Shown: in pieces, positions 1 through 14,383 of the stretch
Position numbering within the stretch: position 1 is the first letter of the stretch
Layout of the letters: the number at the start of each line of letters is the position of its first letter
Assembly (NCBI GenBank): GCA_021613535.1
Contig: CP075492.1
Span: 8,680,001 to 8,744,000 of the forward strand
From: Adineta vaga
Taxonomy: Eukaryota; Animalia; Rotifera
Direction of reading: 5' to 3'
Length of the DNA: 64,000 nucleotides
The notes under the pieces: model-generated
Seen by the model: only the letters and a program-made list of their open reading frames with translations
The model's database searches: none
What the model was told of the DNA's origin: nothing
Made by a program: the position numbers and the translations under genes

Positions 1-1779
1 TTTTTTTCTCTTTTACATCATTTCTTGGCCCTGACATGCGTGTGAGTTCGATTTAGTTAATTATTTGAAAAAACGTTTATTTTTATTGAGAAAAAGACAA
101 AAGAAAAACATTCTTTTTGAATAGAACCGTTTTTTCTCTCTCTCTAGAAACAAGAATGATGAGTTTGATTCTTACACAGAATGATTAATATTTGAATCTA
201 ATGCGACATTCCGAAGGACATGTGATTGCTTTTACATAATGTAATTATCGGAAAACAACAATGTTGCTGTAATATAATATCTATTTGTTAGATTTATTTG
301 TTTTAATTGCTAAAAATATCTTTGAAATATTATAAACTATTTAATTAGAGTAATATCCTTGTCATCTAATGGAATATATAGTGATTCAAAATAATCCTAT
401 GAAAAGAAAGTTTTCGAAGAACAAATATCTTGACGTTGAGATGTATATTGTAAAAAAGAAAAGGAGGGAAAGATTGATATCTATAGAAGTACTATTCGAA
501 ATTATGACCTTTAATTGAAATATAAATATCTTGTCTTGATAGAGACATTAAAAAAAACCAATTGAATATTCTTTTCAAATAGTCTGAATATGATCATAAA
601 TGTTGAGATTTAATAATCAATGAGTATTTACAGTCTACTTGATTTCTATAGAAATCAAATTTAGTGAATATAGAAGAGACTTCAGGGTAAATACAGATTG
701 GATATTTGATTTGATGAAAACAAACGCAGTTATATCTCGTGTATATTTACATCATCATCATCATCAGTGTGTTTATTACGTATTCAAAATTATTTTCATT
801 CTTTCCTTTGAATGGTTGATTTTGTCTTTCTATTCAATGATTTTGACTATCGATGACAAGTAAAGTGCACCGAAAGAAAAATCATCATCATCATCATCTA
901 TCTATCTATCTATCGATTCAATAATTCGATGTTTATTTGTTTAGCGTAGTATGCGCGCAAGGTTTTCAATGTTTTTTTACATATCTGTTTAATATCATTC
1001 TGTCATATTTATCGATAATATGCATATTAGAATCATTATGTGTAGTATTCATAAACCGATATCCTACGATCATGTGAAAATGTACATTGAAAAATATAAA
1101 TTGAGTTGAGTGATAATCAATATTATGATGATGAAACCCATTGCATGTGTTTGCAAACTGATCGGAAATAAGAATAGGAGGTCGTAATACTTATTGAACA
1201 AATTTCACGCTATTTATTAGTATATGCATGAATAACTACGATATGTATACGCCTGCAATATTGCTATGGTTAATATATATTCGTAACATATAAAAACTTC
1301 ATTTTAATTTTGTTCACTTCAGTTATGACTGAAATATAATGGTATCTATGTATAATAGATAACAATTGATTTATGCTCTCATTCACATACGATGTTTCAA
1401 TTGGAACATTTTTAATTTCGGCAAATGATTGAGCACGATTGATCCTTTTCTATTTCGATCGTTATGTGATCAAAATCGACCACCATACAAAACATACCTG
1501 GATTTCCACAGATTATTTACTACAAAATTCAATGATTTTATAACAATTAGGAAGATTTTCGTCTTATTTCGATGTACCATTCAGAAAAATCTTTCAAATC
1601 TACATTACTACTTCGAAATTTCTGTCAACAGACAAAAACTATCTCAGTATAGGTTGTTTGCCTTCTCATGCTGTTCAAATGCAAGTACAATGAAATAAAA
1701 TTTTGATTAATTTCTAATGCTTTAGTAATTAATCTCTCTTTAAATTTTATTCCACCTAAAATCCTGAATAGTCAATCTT

Positions 1780-1950
1780 ACGTTGAATTTTAATGCATCA
1801 GCAACGACTTCTGCAACAACATCAGATAGATCATTTCCTTATATGTTAATTGTTGGCAAAGTTTAATTTATTTTCAATGTATTTACAATGCTTTTCAAAA
1901 CATTACTCATTATTTCGTCACCTTCGTCACTCAATTTATTATAACTACTG
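1780..1950 (-). pseudogene. Degenerate ribonuclease-inhibitor-type leucine-rich-repeat fragment
   Basis: Minus-strand translation SYNKLSDEGDEIMSNVLKSIVNTLKIN*TLPTINI*GNDLSDVVAEVVADALKFN follows the RNI-like LRR pattern (NxIxDEGAxxLAxALxxNxTLxxLxL). It has two in-frame stops and an apparent internal deletion. Confidence 0.6.
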
Positions 1951-4562
1951 TATTCTTTGATAATTCATTCAAATGAAAATTGATAGTATTGAAAGATGAA
2001 TTACTTTGCAATACATCGCTGAGTACTTCACTAACTTCGTCAGAGAGTGGATGTGGGAGATGCCTCGTCTACCTAGTATAAAGGTGCTGTACAGGAGTAT
2101 GAAAATGCTCGATTAGTTGAATATTTGCAATAGGTGAATTCAAATTTCGAGTATTACACTATTGAAAGTAGCGGCATGTCACATTTTATTTGAAATCATA
2201 TCGATTTGTTTAATACTGATCAAATTTGTTCATTCGAAATCGAAAAATCGAAAGTCCAAAAGAAACAGACAAATTTCTGAATAGATTTTTTTCTATTCGA
2301 ATAATGCTACATTGATTGTTAGAAATACAAATTCATTTGGCTTTTTTTCTGTTCGATCTGATCAATGAACAAAGGAAGTATCTATCGTGATTGAATATAA
2401 CAATAAATGAGAAGATTCTTTTCACTTTTTTTTCTCTCTCATCACAATAAAACATATTTCTGTCCAACTTCAATCAATAAAGATTCATTTAAAAGATAAG
2501 AAAACAAAATTACTAGTAATAAACATGATGATTTTCATAAGTGGATGTTTCTAATCGAACATATCGAGAAACATCGAATATTTATAACATCTGTATTGAG
2601 ATTGACATTCCTATTTTTTATTTTATTCAAACAGATGCATTCCCATGAGCCCCATCAACACCATTAGATCGTCCATCCTTGAAGAAAAGAAATGTCCATT
2701 TTTGATTACATACTTTGACATCCTATACACTAGTCACCTGCCCCCCGCCTTTTCTACACACACACCAATTGTTCATTGCTTGTCATGTCTCTTTCTTTTG
2801 ACCTGATTGCGAATGCTTGACAGAGATGTAAACATTAATTTCAACGTTAAGTATCCTATTTGAACTTTATTATTACTTTGTAAAGTAGAAAAATAATCAT
2901 TAGATGACTTGTTCATTTAGCTACTAACACCACATGCTTATTTATTGCAAAGCTATAGAATATTGACAAACGTTCATACGTGCTGTGTTTTTAATGTACA
3001 ATTGACATTTATGAACACGTTAGGATACCTATGATGTAATCAAACATTGATGATTTCTTCATTTCAAATAAATGTAACTGATTTTACTTCTATATCTGAT
3101 CTATTTTTTCATTTATTAGTTCTTTCTTTTTTAGTGAAAAGAAAAGAAATTTGATTAGCTTTTTTCCCAATATATCGATTAACGAGTCAATTTGACCAGA
3201 ACAAAAGACGCGTGCAAGAAGAAAGAAACAATCTCATATACATACATATTAAAGAGAAAATCTTATGGTGGGAAGAGATACTGCTGTTACAAGTACATCC
3301 ATTGATCATCGCCTTTTTTTTCCTATCTTATGTAAGATTAATTTTTAGCTTGATTGATTCCTGTAGTTATCAAAGTTTGCCGTTTTACTTTTATTCTCAA
3401 ATTCTTCTTATTACTTTTGAACATGCAAGAAAGATGATGTAGGTAATCCTTTCGTTTCGTTGTCTTACGCTAGTCAAGATAAATCATAATACGTTTGAAA
3501 TATACATGCATCATTAGCTGTCGATGTTCTATTGCATGTGTCAATTTCATCATCATCATCATAAGTAGACATGCAATGTACGAACATCGAACAAGAGAAA
3601 AAATCGCTGAAGAAGCAGAAGAAGAAAAAGATTCATTCCATGTTCACTAGGATGATTATGTATCTTGATGACATCCTATCAATTAGAGCTTAATCGTTAT
3701 TCGTTTATTTTGACTATGTTTAGTCCATATGTGACTACTCTCATCTATCAATAATCATTACACAAGTTGAAAGAAATGACTTATTCAATTTACTATCCAA
3801 CACCTAACGTATGGACATATATTCTCAGCCATAAATCTCTAATGTTGTTCAAAGAAAGAGGAAAAGAGGAAGATGATTATTGCCCTATAGAAAAAGAGAA
3901 TTCATTACATATGGCTTCATTTTCATGTCCATCTGTAGTGGAGGAGATAAACAGACGATCGATGTTACAAGAAATAAACAGATCATGTCGAAACAAAAGA
4001 AATTTTATGAATAAAATCATGGCCTCTTTCTCTTTCTCTCTCTGTCTGTCGTTGGTGTCTGTGATGAGACAAATAAATAGAATTGATCCAATCACTTAAA
4101 GATAAGAATATTTCAATGATTGAACTTGTTTCATTGTGTGATGAATGACGAATATATTTCGGTCATGCATAAAACCTCGAAATAAAGAAAAGAAAAAGAA
4201 TTCCGCCTTATATACATTCATTTCCTGTATATCTCAGAAAACCTTGAACTGTATTACAAGCGAGACAGACGTTCACTTGTCGTATTCATTATGATTACCA
4301 GCGAACAAATTATGAAGACATCGAAGAGAAAAATGCGTACTAGTTTCAAGACTATTACATTGAAATATTAATGATAAACAATAGCTGAAGAGAAAAATGC
4401 CCAAATCTAAAAGAGCACTATTCGCTAGTAATACCTTTGATTTGTGCTGTTTCCTCTCTTTCCTTTCCCTTTCCTTTTTCTCTCATTCTTCTTCTTCCTC
4501 TTTCCGTTATAGATAGACATGTATGTTGTTTGCTCGTTTCTTATATTCAATTGCTTCTAAAC

Positions 4563-7500
4563 ATGTTGCTCAGCTTGTTTCTCTTGATCAATGTTTTTAT
4601 CTCTTATTCCGATTCAATTGTATCACAAATTCTCTCACCTGTATCCATATTTGAAGAGAGTCCTCTTTCAACTATTGTTGTTGATCTTCGTCCAATCTTT
4701 CAAACACTCGATGTATATCCATATCAAGCAGTATTACTTCACAGTCAACCAAGTCAACCATTTGAATATATCAATGGATATATTCGATTGAAATCTCGTT
4801 TAGATCGAGAAGACTATGTTCAAAAACGTTTATGTCTTGGTGGTAATGTTCTTCAATGTAATTTTACTTTAACATTAACAGTTAATCTTAATCAAACACC
4901 ATTTAATTACATTCTTTCTCAACCGATCTCATGTCATGATATAAATGATATGATTCCGAAATTTTCTCAATCGGAAGCAAAAATATTTATGGCAGAAAAC
5001 GTTCCAATTGGTCATCGAATACCACTTGAAATAGCAATTGATTTAGATTCACCTCCATATGGAATTGATCATTATCGTTTAGAAACAATCGATGGAAATG
5101 ATCAATATCAATTTTCGATTGTTTATGATAATCAAAGTCGTGAATTAGAATTGATCGTAAAGGAAAAATTAGATCGAGAAAACAAAGAAAAATATGTATT
5201 CAAATTAATTGCAGTTGATCGAGGTCATCCACCTAATATTGGTACACAAACTTTAATAATCGAAATCACGTAAATCTATTCTTTTATTAATTATTCAAAA
5301 CGAACATTCGTTTTTTTTCTTCTTTTTCTCATTTATAGTGATATCAACGATTCTTCTCCACGATTTGAATCATCAGTATATAATATCAGTGTTGCTGAAA
5401 ATACTATTCCCGAATATTTACTTAAATTACGAGCTATTGATCAAGATACGGCATCAAATGCTGAATTAACTTATACATTAGAAAATGATTATCAAGGATT
5501 ATTTCGTTTAGATAGAACAACAGGAATTTTAACATTAAATCAAGCACTCGATTATGAATTACATAAATCTTATCAACTTAAAGTTGAAGTTACTGATAAT
5601 GGAATGAGCTCTCTAAGTGATACATGTATCGTCTATGTATATGTACTCGATCAAAATGATCATGCACCTTCGATACAAATGAAATTTAATCCTATCTTTG
5701 AACATAATCAAGATGGAAATATGGCTTATATAAAAGAATCATTTGATATTAATCTACCAATTGCATTTGTAACTGTCAATGATCAAGATTCAAATGATTT
5801 TGGACGAGTAAGTAATTTTGTTTTCAATCATTTGAAAATATGCCATTTCCTTTCTTCTAGTCTCAATTAACAGTCGAACCAAATCGTTTATTCTATCTCG
5901 AAACGATTCGTTCGAATTATTATGCTGTGAAATCTTTTCGTCAATTTGATCGTGAAACAGTTCCATTCTATGAAGTTGAATTACGTGCACGTGATTTTGG
6001 TCAACCAAGTTTACGTCGTTCAATGACATTTGAATTGAATATAACCGATATCAATGATCAAAAACCTGAATTTAAATCCAATTATACATTTGATCTAGTT
6101 GAAAACAATCGTATACCAACTACAATTGGTCAAGTTACTGCTTATGATTTTGATCTAGGTATCAACGGACAGATCACATATACCATCGTTCCACCATCAT
6201 CTTTATTTTTCATTACACCAATCGATGGCATTTTAACAACAAATACATCATTTGATTATGAAGTCAAACGTGAATATCAATTTCAAGTTCGTGCAAATGA
6301 TCATGGACAACCATCATTAGAATCGTTTGTTACTGTACGAATTAATATTATTAATATCAATGAATATTCACCACAATTTGAATATGATCATTATGAATTT
6401 TTGATTAATGAAAATGAAACAATTAAATTCGTTGGTCAAGTCAAAGCATATGATCGAGATATTGGTGATGCAATTAATTATTCATTAGGTAATCATGAAG
6501 ATTTATTTATTATCGATCAAAATGGTAAAATTTGGACACAAATGATTTTTGATCGAGAATTACAAGATGAATATAAATTAACAGTCATTGCAACAGACAA
6601 TTCAACAATTGGATCAACAACTGTAATCATTAAAATTCAGTAAGATTTCTTTTCTTTTTTTTCAGTCTATTTTATGATTAAATCATTCTTTCTGCAGAGA
6701 TGTTAATGATAATCCTCCAATATTCATTTGGCCTAATTCGAATGAAATTCGTCATATTCTTACTGATGATCATTCTCAACGTATAGATCATCAGAATCCT
6801 TCTTCACAATTCATAACTGATATTATCATTCATGATAATGATCTTGGAAATAATTCTTATGTTGAATTATCCATTGTTGATAATAATCTATTTTATATTG
6901 GTTTAAATAATTCCTTATGGTTAAGAAATTCATCCATGTCACCGGGTAGTTATAATGTCGAACTCAAAGCAAAAAATTATCATTTAGGAACAAAACAAAT
7001 GTTACATATTATTATTTATGAACATAATCCTCTTGGATTTTATTTATTTAATAACATGCGTAAAACTTTACGAAGATTTCCATTCTTATTTATTATTTTA
7101 ATAATTGTGATTACAATTAGTTTAATTAGCTTTATAGTTACGTATTATTTATGTATGAAAAAGAATGCACACAAACGATTGTATGGCAGTCGATTGATTG
7201 TTAATGATGAAGAAAAATTCAAACCAAATAGTCCACAAATAAAAACGACAAGCTCAGTGGTTTTACCATCCATTCATAGTAATAATTATACTATTATTGC
7301 TAAACAAAGAAAAGTAAGTTATGCGTAGATGTTTATGTCTTGAGAGTGTCATTGCCTTTTCTTCTTCTTCTTCTTGTTCTTTTGTCTATGGAGTATGTAT
7401 ATCAACAAGAAGAATGGTAACCTTTACCTTATATATACAGATGATCTATGAAATAGGAATGATTGTTTTTTGCTCAACTGAGCGCGTGCGTATTGTTCTG

Positions 7501-8234
7501 CCGAGCCATGTGGTGATAAATAACCTTCTCTGATTCATTTAGACTAAAGATATTTTTTGATTGACTTTTAAATAAGAACAAAATAAATAGATCAATGATG
7601 AAAATAATGTTTTTTTGTGTAGAATTCTCAACCACCATCTGGTAATAGTCCTTCAACAACTGATGGTGAATTTTCATCATCACTTCTCTCATGTCCATAT
7701 AATGGCACATCATCATCAACATCTGATCTTGATCGTTCACATAATCATCATCAACAACATCTAACATCATCAACAGTCTCTGCATTAACTACTCTAACAC
7801 GAAAATCAAATCCACGTCAATTAGTGAAAAATGTTAGTTTTCAACCAGCATTAATTAGTCCTATCGATGATACATACACTGATCTATTACAAAAACAAAC
7901 GTCAACATTTAGTACATTACCAAAACCAATGAAACGTGATATGATAATAACAAATAACAGTTCATCTGTTCTACCTGAATTATCCCGGATAGAATCGAAT
8001 GGTTTTCCAACATTACAAACCATGCTTAATCAACCGATGAAAGAACATCAAACAAAATTACCACAACCACCACCATTACTTAATGGTATTATTTTAATTG
8101 ATGAAATGCTTACAAAATCTTCAATATCAAATAATGAAAAAAATCACATTGCAACTTCATCATCATCATCGATTAATAATCGAGGATGGTATAGTGTCAC
8201 TTCTGATTATCATACACGTGCTAGTATTGTATAA
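4563..8234 (+). CDS. Protocadherin-like cadherin-repeat membrane protein (5 exons)
   Basis: Signal peptide from ATG 4563; repeated cadherin motifs (LDRE, DINDxxP, AxDxD, DxGxP); TM segment FPFLFIILIIVITISLISFIVTYYLC at about 7080-7155; Ser-rich tail ending ASIV. Introns at about 5270-5338, 5808-5860, 6640-6697 and 7314-7622. Confidence 0.9.
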
Positions 8235-8621
8235 TTTTTGTTGTTAATGTCAAATCAAGTGTGCCTATATGTTTCCTAGTCGTTGTTTCTGTTTCTTTTT
8301 AATTGTATAGAGAATGGTTTTAATAATAATAAAAAGAGAAATGTTGCTTTTACGTGTGTGAATATATATTTTCAAGTATTGATTGAATCAAGGGACATGA
8401 TGAAAAAAAAACAAAGAGCGCCTGTTTTTACTTACGACTATATGAACCATATTTTTTATGAAATTTTGTATTGTTTTGTGTAGTTAAGTGAAACTTATAT
8501 GCCTTCTAGTTGACAAAACATTTTTGTTTTCTTTTAAAATCGTATTTTCTCTAGAGAGGACTCTGAAATTTATTAATTTACTAGCGACATTGAATCGATT
8601 AAAGTGGATCAAGTAAGTATT

Positions 8622-8634
8622 GTTGCTAAGTATT
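8622..8634 (+). promoter_or_regulatory. RFX X-box-like motif GTTGCTAAGTATT in 5' UTR intron
   Basis: Imperfect match to the X-box consensus, about 50 bp upstream of ATG 8684. Confidence 0.35.
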
Positions 8635-8683
8635 AAAAGATACGAATGGAAAGAGTGTTTTTCTATTAGTTCAACGACTAATT

Positions 8684-10147
8684 ATGGCTCAAATTAGTAC
8701 TATGCATGCACGTCATCCAGAGAATTCGACCTCGAAATCATTCTCTCATTATAATAAACTACCAACTATTATTGATAAGAAACAAGCGAAACATCTCTAT
8801 CATTTAGAACGAGTACCTAACGTCAATACAAGTCTTTATTTGGATAGTTCAGATACAGGTGATAATACATCAAGTCCTTTGAAAGTAGCATACGTAAACA
8901 AGTCAATGGAAATTCCTTTCAACCAATTAGAACAGTAGATCAACGTTCATTAGAGATGCCCTATAAATCAATGGAAAATATTTCACAAGAAAAGACTGGA
9001 TTCGATGCTTATCGCGTTTTCACGAACAATATAGCCACGCTACAAAGTTATCCTTACGTACATCAGTATGATAGAATTTTCAATGATATTTAATAGGATC
9101 GAAAAATTATCTGCTATTTCAGAAGTGACCAGGGATATAATACTGATCGATCGAAGTCAAACAAAACATTTCATTATAGTAGAGGTTATGGTGGTAAGTA
9201 TCATCGTCTTCAATTAATTTTGATCTCTTTTTCACGCTGTTTTTCTCAGGTGTATTGCTTTGTGATGAATATGACTCCCAGTCTGAAATGCTTTTTTCTA
9301 ATCAGAACTACACATCCTATCAACAAACTACGAATAATCAATGCACACGAGGTAAAAATGTATAGTAACTAACACATTGATCTTTTTCTCTTCAAAAATT
9401 CCAGATTCAAAAGCGCCAACTTATGAACCTTATACAAGTGATCCATTCTTAAAATCTCATAGTTGTACATCATTTTACGATACACGTTCACCCGATATTA
9501 TTAATTGGGATCGTACACAACGACGAAATCTTGAATATTATCGAAAACCTCTTGATAATGTTCCATCAGCATTTCGTACGAGACAACACACCTCTAATTA
9601 TACGGATGCTTCTGACACTTATAAAATGCAAAATTTGAATCCAGTACTTCGCTCTAAAGAACCAAAATATGCAACCCATTTGCCGTAAGTTATCATATCG
9701 TAATCATTTGTTTTCCTTAAACGTCTTGATCCATGCAGAAAAACAAGAAATTCTCGATGGATCAAAACAAATCCTATACCCGACGATGATCAATCTGATG
9801 ATACTTATATAACAACAACAGCTGATGTCTATAAGTAGGAAATTTTCGACTTTATTTCAATTTTCGATGAAAAGTCTATGATTAGAATACTTCCAATTGA
9901 TTATTCATCGCCTCGTCATACTAACATACATGGCATTTTCTCTAAATCAATCAGCAATATAATGCCATACAATCCGTATCATCCAGCACATTATTGTAGC
10001 GAAACAGTAAATGGATCACTGGATTCTCGTCCTCATCTGATCCTTCAACAGCTTCCGAGAATAAAACTACCACCCAAACCTGTAATACACAATAATCCAA
10101 AGCCAGCATCAACTATTGAAAATGAAACTGGAAAACCTAAAGCATAA
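8684..10147 (+). CDS. Multi-exon orphan protein, low complexity (Pro/Ser/Tyr/His-rich); exon boundaries approximate
   Basis: Chain of open exons (ORFs at 8684, 9377, 9878) separated by short GT-AG introns; no recognised domain. Confidence 0.65.
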
Positions 10148-10432
10148 CATTCTATTTCATTATATTATCAGTGGTTTGCACGAAAAGAAAATATTCTTTT
10201 GGACACATGAACTTGAACGTGTTTGAAAGTATTATACAATGATCCATAACTCCTCTCAAAACTGAAACATATAATTTTTTATTGAATCTATCCTAAAAGA
10301 AGTTTTTTTTTCTATTTGAAATTGGTTGTTCATTTCGAAAATGAAAATATTAGAGATTAATATAAAGTTTATACACACTATATTTACTAGCAGTCAAAGA
10401 TGTCGTTAGGTTCTGTATCACATGAAATTGTT

Positions 10433-10445
10433 GTTGCTGGGTTAC
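10433..10445 (+). promoter_or_regulatory. RFX X-box GTTGCTGGGTTAC
   Basis: Near-palindromic X-box match about 100 bp upstream of ATG 10547. Confidence 0.55.
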
Positions 10446-10546
10446 GCATGGTCGAAATAAGACAAATATGGTGTAAAGAGAATAAACGTACTTAAACTAT
10501 AAGATTATTTAAGTAAAAAGATTGTCATCAATGTTAATGTAAAAGA

Positions 10547-12721
10547 ATGACGAATGAGATCGAAACTCAAGTAGATCTTTTTGAAACAGAAGATCAAGAT
10601 GATAAATCTCTGAGTAATTGTGATGATTTATCTGGTGTATCAATTACATCTTCAGCTGATTTAAATGAAGAAAACGAAGAAAATAGAAATGAAGAACTTC
10701 CTCCTGAATTCTACAATCAAATTAATGAAAATCTTCAGATTAATGAAAATAAACAAGATGACGATTTGATCGAATTTATATCTAAAGCTCGTGATCAAGG
10801 TTATAATTGTCTTGATCTTTCTAAAAAGAATATTACTCAATTTCCTGATATTCTACTCGAATTTCCTTCATTAGATGTAAGTTATTGAGAAACATTCTAC
10901 TAAGAAAATCTTATTTCGTTCTAGTATTTATATTTAGAGGGTAATCATTTAAAAGAATTACCCAATGATCTCTTTCTACAATTGCCAAATTTGAAATGGA
11001 TTGATCTAAGAAATAACCAATTAACTCATATACCCACAAATGGTCTTGCTCGACATTCTTCTCTAAGATATTTATTAATCGGTGGAAATTTAATTCGTAC
11101 ATTACCTCTTGAACTTGGTAAGATTGCTTTTTTAACCTTTTATTTCTCGAGGGAAAATATGTCAATTATTGTAGGTAAAGTAAAGAATCTATCAACGCTT
11201 AATCTCGATGGTAATCCATTAGAATATCCACCAGCAGATATTGTTAAACAAGGTATTAAAATCATTCAACACTATTTACGTGATGAATATATTCGACATT
11301 CAAAATCTACACAAGAACAATTTGATTCAGAAGATGAAAGTTATCCAAACGAACAAGATATTGTTCCAGATGTATGGGCATCTGATGATGATGATGACGA
11401 TGGGAAAAATAATCAACGACGAAAAACAAGGTTCGCTCATACACAGATTTTATCATTTACATAACTAAATAGATTGAAATGGATCTGCTTATTAAAAATT
11501 GAATAGATATCGAAAGATATAATATAGATAATAATTGAATATCTTTATTAACATCTCTAACCAAGTATGATAACACTTCATTTTAGAAATATGTCGACTT
11601 AATTAATGTGAACAAATGTTCTCTTAAAAGTTATTTCGTATAACAATTGCTTGCTTTTGTTGTACAGGAAACGATAGCAATGTATATTTCTCAAGTGTTG
11701 TTATCTTAATAGAAATGAAAAGACAAGAGAAAAAAGAGTATTTCTCTATCATTTTTTCTTTCTTTCTTTCTTTAGAAAAACAAAGTTAATATCAAAACAA
11801 AACAATCAACTAACAAAAACAATATCTGATGATCCAGTGGGAGATGTATATGCAGCTCGAGCACTAGAAGAACAACGACTTCGACAATTAAAAGTATATA
11901 TTCTCAGATTTGAAAGAGTGAAAACAATCTATTTCAGTTGTTTTTCTTTTAAAGCATCGTAATATTAAAATTACCGAAGAATTAGAAAAAGTTAAAAGTC
12001 GAGAATTCTTAGATGAATGGAAAGATGATTATCGTTCTAGTCAACAACAATTACGTCGAAAACGATTGGTGAAAGGCAAAGGTTATTATTTAAAAAAGAA
12101 TCTATCGTGCATGCTTATCATCTTGTTTTTTCAATAGATTATCCTGAAGCAGTTGTACAAGCTCCCTTCGGTATTGATCCAAATTATATTCAAGTGATGA
12201 ATAAAGATCAACAAGAAATGGTCGAAAGAGCTGTTAAATATGAAAGTCGACGTCATCGTTCACCTGAAAGTGCTATGCAAGAAGAAGAAAATCGGTAATA
12301 TAACAGTTTCTATTCTCTGGAGAATATTTGCGTGATATGATAGTTTTACAGAAAACATCATCCTTCAGATCATGTTTTAGTTCTTGTTGAAAATGTGAAC
12401 GATAGAAAAATCATGGTAACAATTTCTTTCGGTTTAGACGTACACGTGATCGTCAACTTCAAGCTCGTATTCGTGAAATAACTAGTAAAATAGTTACACG
12501 TCGTAATCAACCACGAGGAAATGCTTCTGAAGAAAAACATCAAGCTGAATTGGAACTTCATGAAGTAAAATTTTTAAATTTCTATTTGCTTTTTTGTTCT
12601 TTATCACAATTTCTTTTTTTAGTTACGAAAACTTCAAAATGAAGTACGACAACGTCGTATTCAAATCAATACTCGTTTCAAAGCATATACTGGTGATGTA
12701 AAAGCTCGTAAAAAATTGTAA
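10547..12721 (+). CDS. Leucine-rich-repeat protein with coiled-coil C-terminus, LRRC27-like
   Basis: Acidic N-terminus; LRRs (LDLSKKNITQFP, LYLEGNHLKELP, IDLRNNQLTHIP, LLIGGNLIRTLP, LNLDGNPLEYPP); charged coiled-coil exons ending RFKAYTGDVKARKKL*. Confidence 0.75.
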
Positions 12722-13117
12722 TCCCATCTATTTGTTTGTAAAAAAATTAATTCGCTTGAATAAAATTTGATTATCTAATCGTATGGTATTATCAGTGCTT
12801 GAATATTTATGCTTGATGAAGTCGAATTCATAAATTAGTTTATAGTAAAGAAAAACGCAAATTTCTTTCTCTTTCGTTCTTTCTTTCTTTTCATACGAAC
12901 GAAATAATCTGAAATATTTTACTTTCGATTTTAATTGAAAGAGAAGAATATTTCTTTGCCGTGTAATTGATACTAGACTAGCCAGTAATTAGTCGTTCGT
13001 CCCCAATTAACAATCAATGATCAGTCATTGGTCTCTTCGACTATTATACCCTCAAGGCAATTTCACATATTGAGCACACGAGAGACTCAAAATTGACGAT
13101 GGACGAGACATGTAAGT

Positions 13118-13144
13118 ACATACATACATACATACATACATACA
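13118..13144. repeat. (TACA)n microsatellite
   Basis: Tandem TACA units; a similar tract lies at about 16671-16694. Confidence 0.9.
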
Positions 13145-14383
13145 AAAAGAACAAAGACGAACAAATGGACAATACCCTCACGTGTAATTATAGAACGCGA
13201 ACTATGATGATGAACAAAAAGAAAAAGAACTTTAATTGTTATTTTTGCTTAACTTATTCGGCAAGCCAATCAGAAGGAGTGATTGAAAGATTTTTTATTC
13301 GAGAAACTAATCCGAATCTTGTTCACTATATAGTCACTCATCAGGTGGTCCTAATCGTTGATTAATTTCAAGAAGATCAGATACTTAACAATGGATAAGA
13401 AGAAAACAAGAATATGTCGAGTGTTGTTTGGTTAAAAAACAAATCTTTCGATAGTTTTTTTCCTCTTCTGTTTATCAAAACAAGATTTTTCCCAATCGAT
13501 CGATGAATGGAAGAAAAAGAAAGATTGAAGTTCTCATCGATGAACTAATATTTTCAAACAATATTCATGCGGTTCATTGCATTGCTTATATAATCGAATG
13601 AAGTTTGTGCTTGATGAATTTTTAAATCATCTCTCCTCCTTTTTCTTCTCTAGTGACAATTTGAGCTCGTGGCTAAATTTGACGCATTCAATGTTGTTAT
13701 TACCGATCATCGAATAGACACGTGTGGACTCATGTTGACGCGACACATACATACACTAACAGAGTTCATTCATCTGATAAATCATCAACTATAGGCTATG
13801 CTTGTCTTCATTAGAAATAAGTAAGATGACCCCTACCAATTATCAATGGTAGTCAAATCGGACAGGCGCGTAAAAGCGAAGGTGATGTCTTCACATTCGA
13901 CTCCACCCATTGAGTGAAAAGAAAACGAAAACGTTGATTTCCGATTTTGTGACACTTGACTCAAATTAAAGTTGATGAGAGTGAGAGAACATGTCTTAAA
14001 TCTCTTGTTCATTCTCTCTTAACAAAGATTAAAACTGAATAACGACTGTTCCATTTACCCTCCGGAATGAATGTATGTATCAGGCAATATATATATAGTG
14101 TATACACAAAATCTTTATTCAACTCATCTCGTGATAACAAGTAGTACAAGAACAAAAACGCGAAATGAAAATGTTGATGCTGATGATGATGACAATAAAA
14201 AGTAAAGTGCCCGAGAAAGAAACAAAATGGCCCGTAAATAGCACTGTGTAAAAAAAAATAAACCCAGACGAGAGGAAACGAAAAGAAAAACGAAAATGAG
14301 AATTATTGATACCCAAAACCGGGAACAAGAAGATCGAGAGAGAAAGAGAGAGAAAGAAAAGAAATTTGACGAAGATTTCTTGT

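Noticed and set aside
1380-1500. Minus-strand stretch resembling LNHLPKLKMFQL (possible F-box/LRR relic)
   Set aside because: Too short and interrupted to support a call without a search.
639-4099. Short ORFs upstream of the protocadherin
   Set aside because: Low-complexity translations, several with non-ATG starts, no domains and no exon chains; consistent with chance ORFs in AT-rich non-coding DNA.
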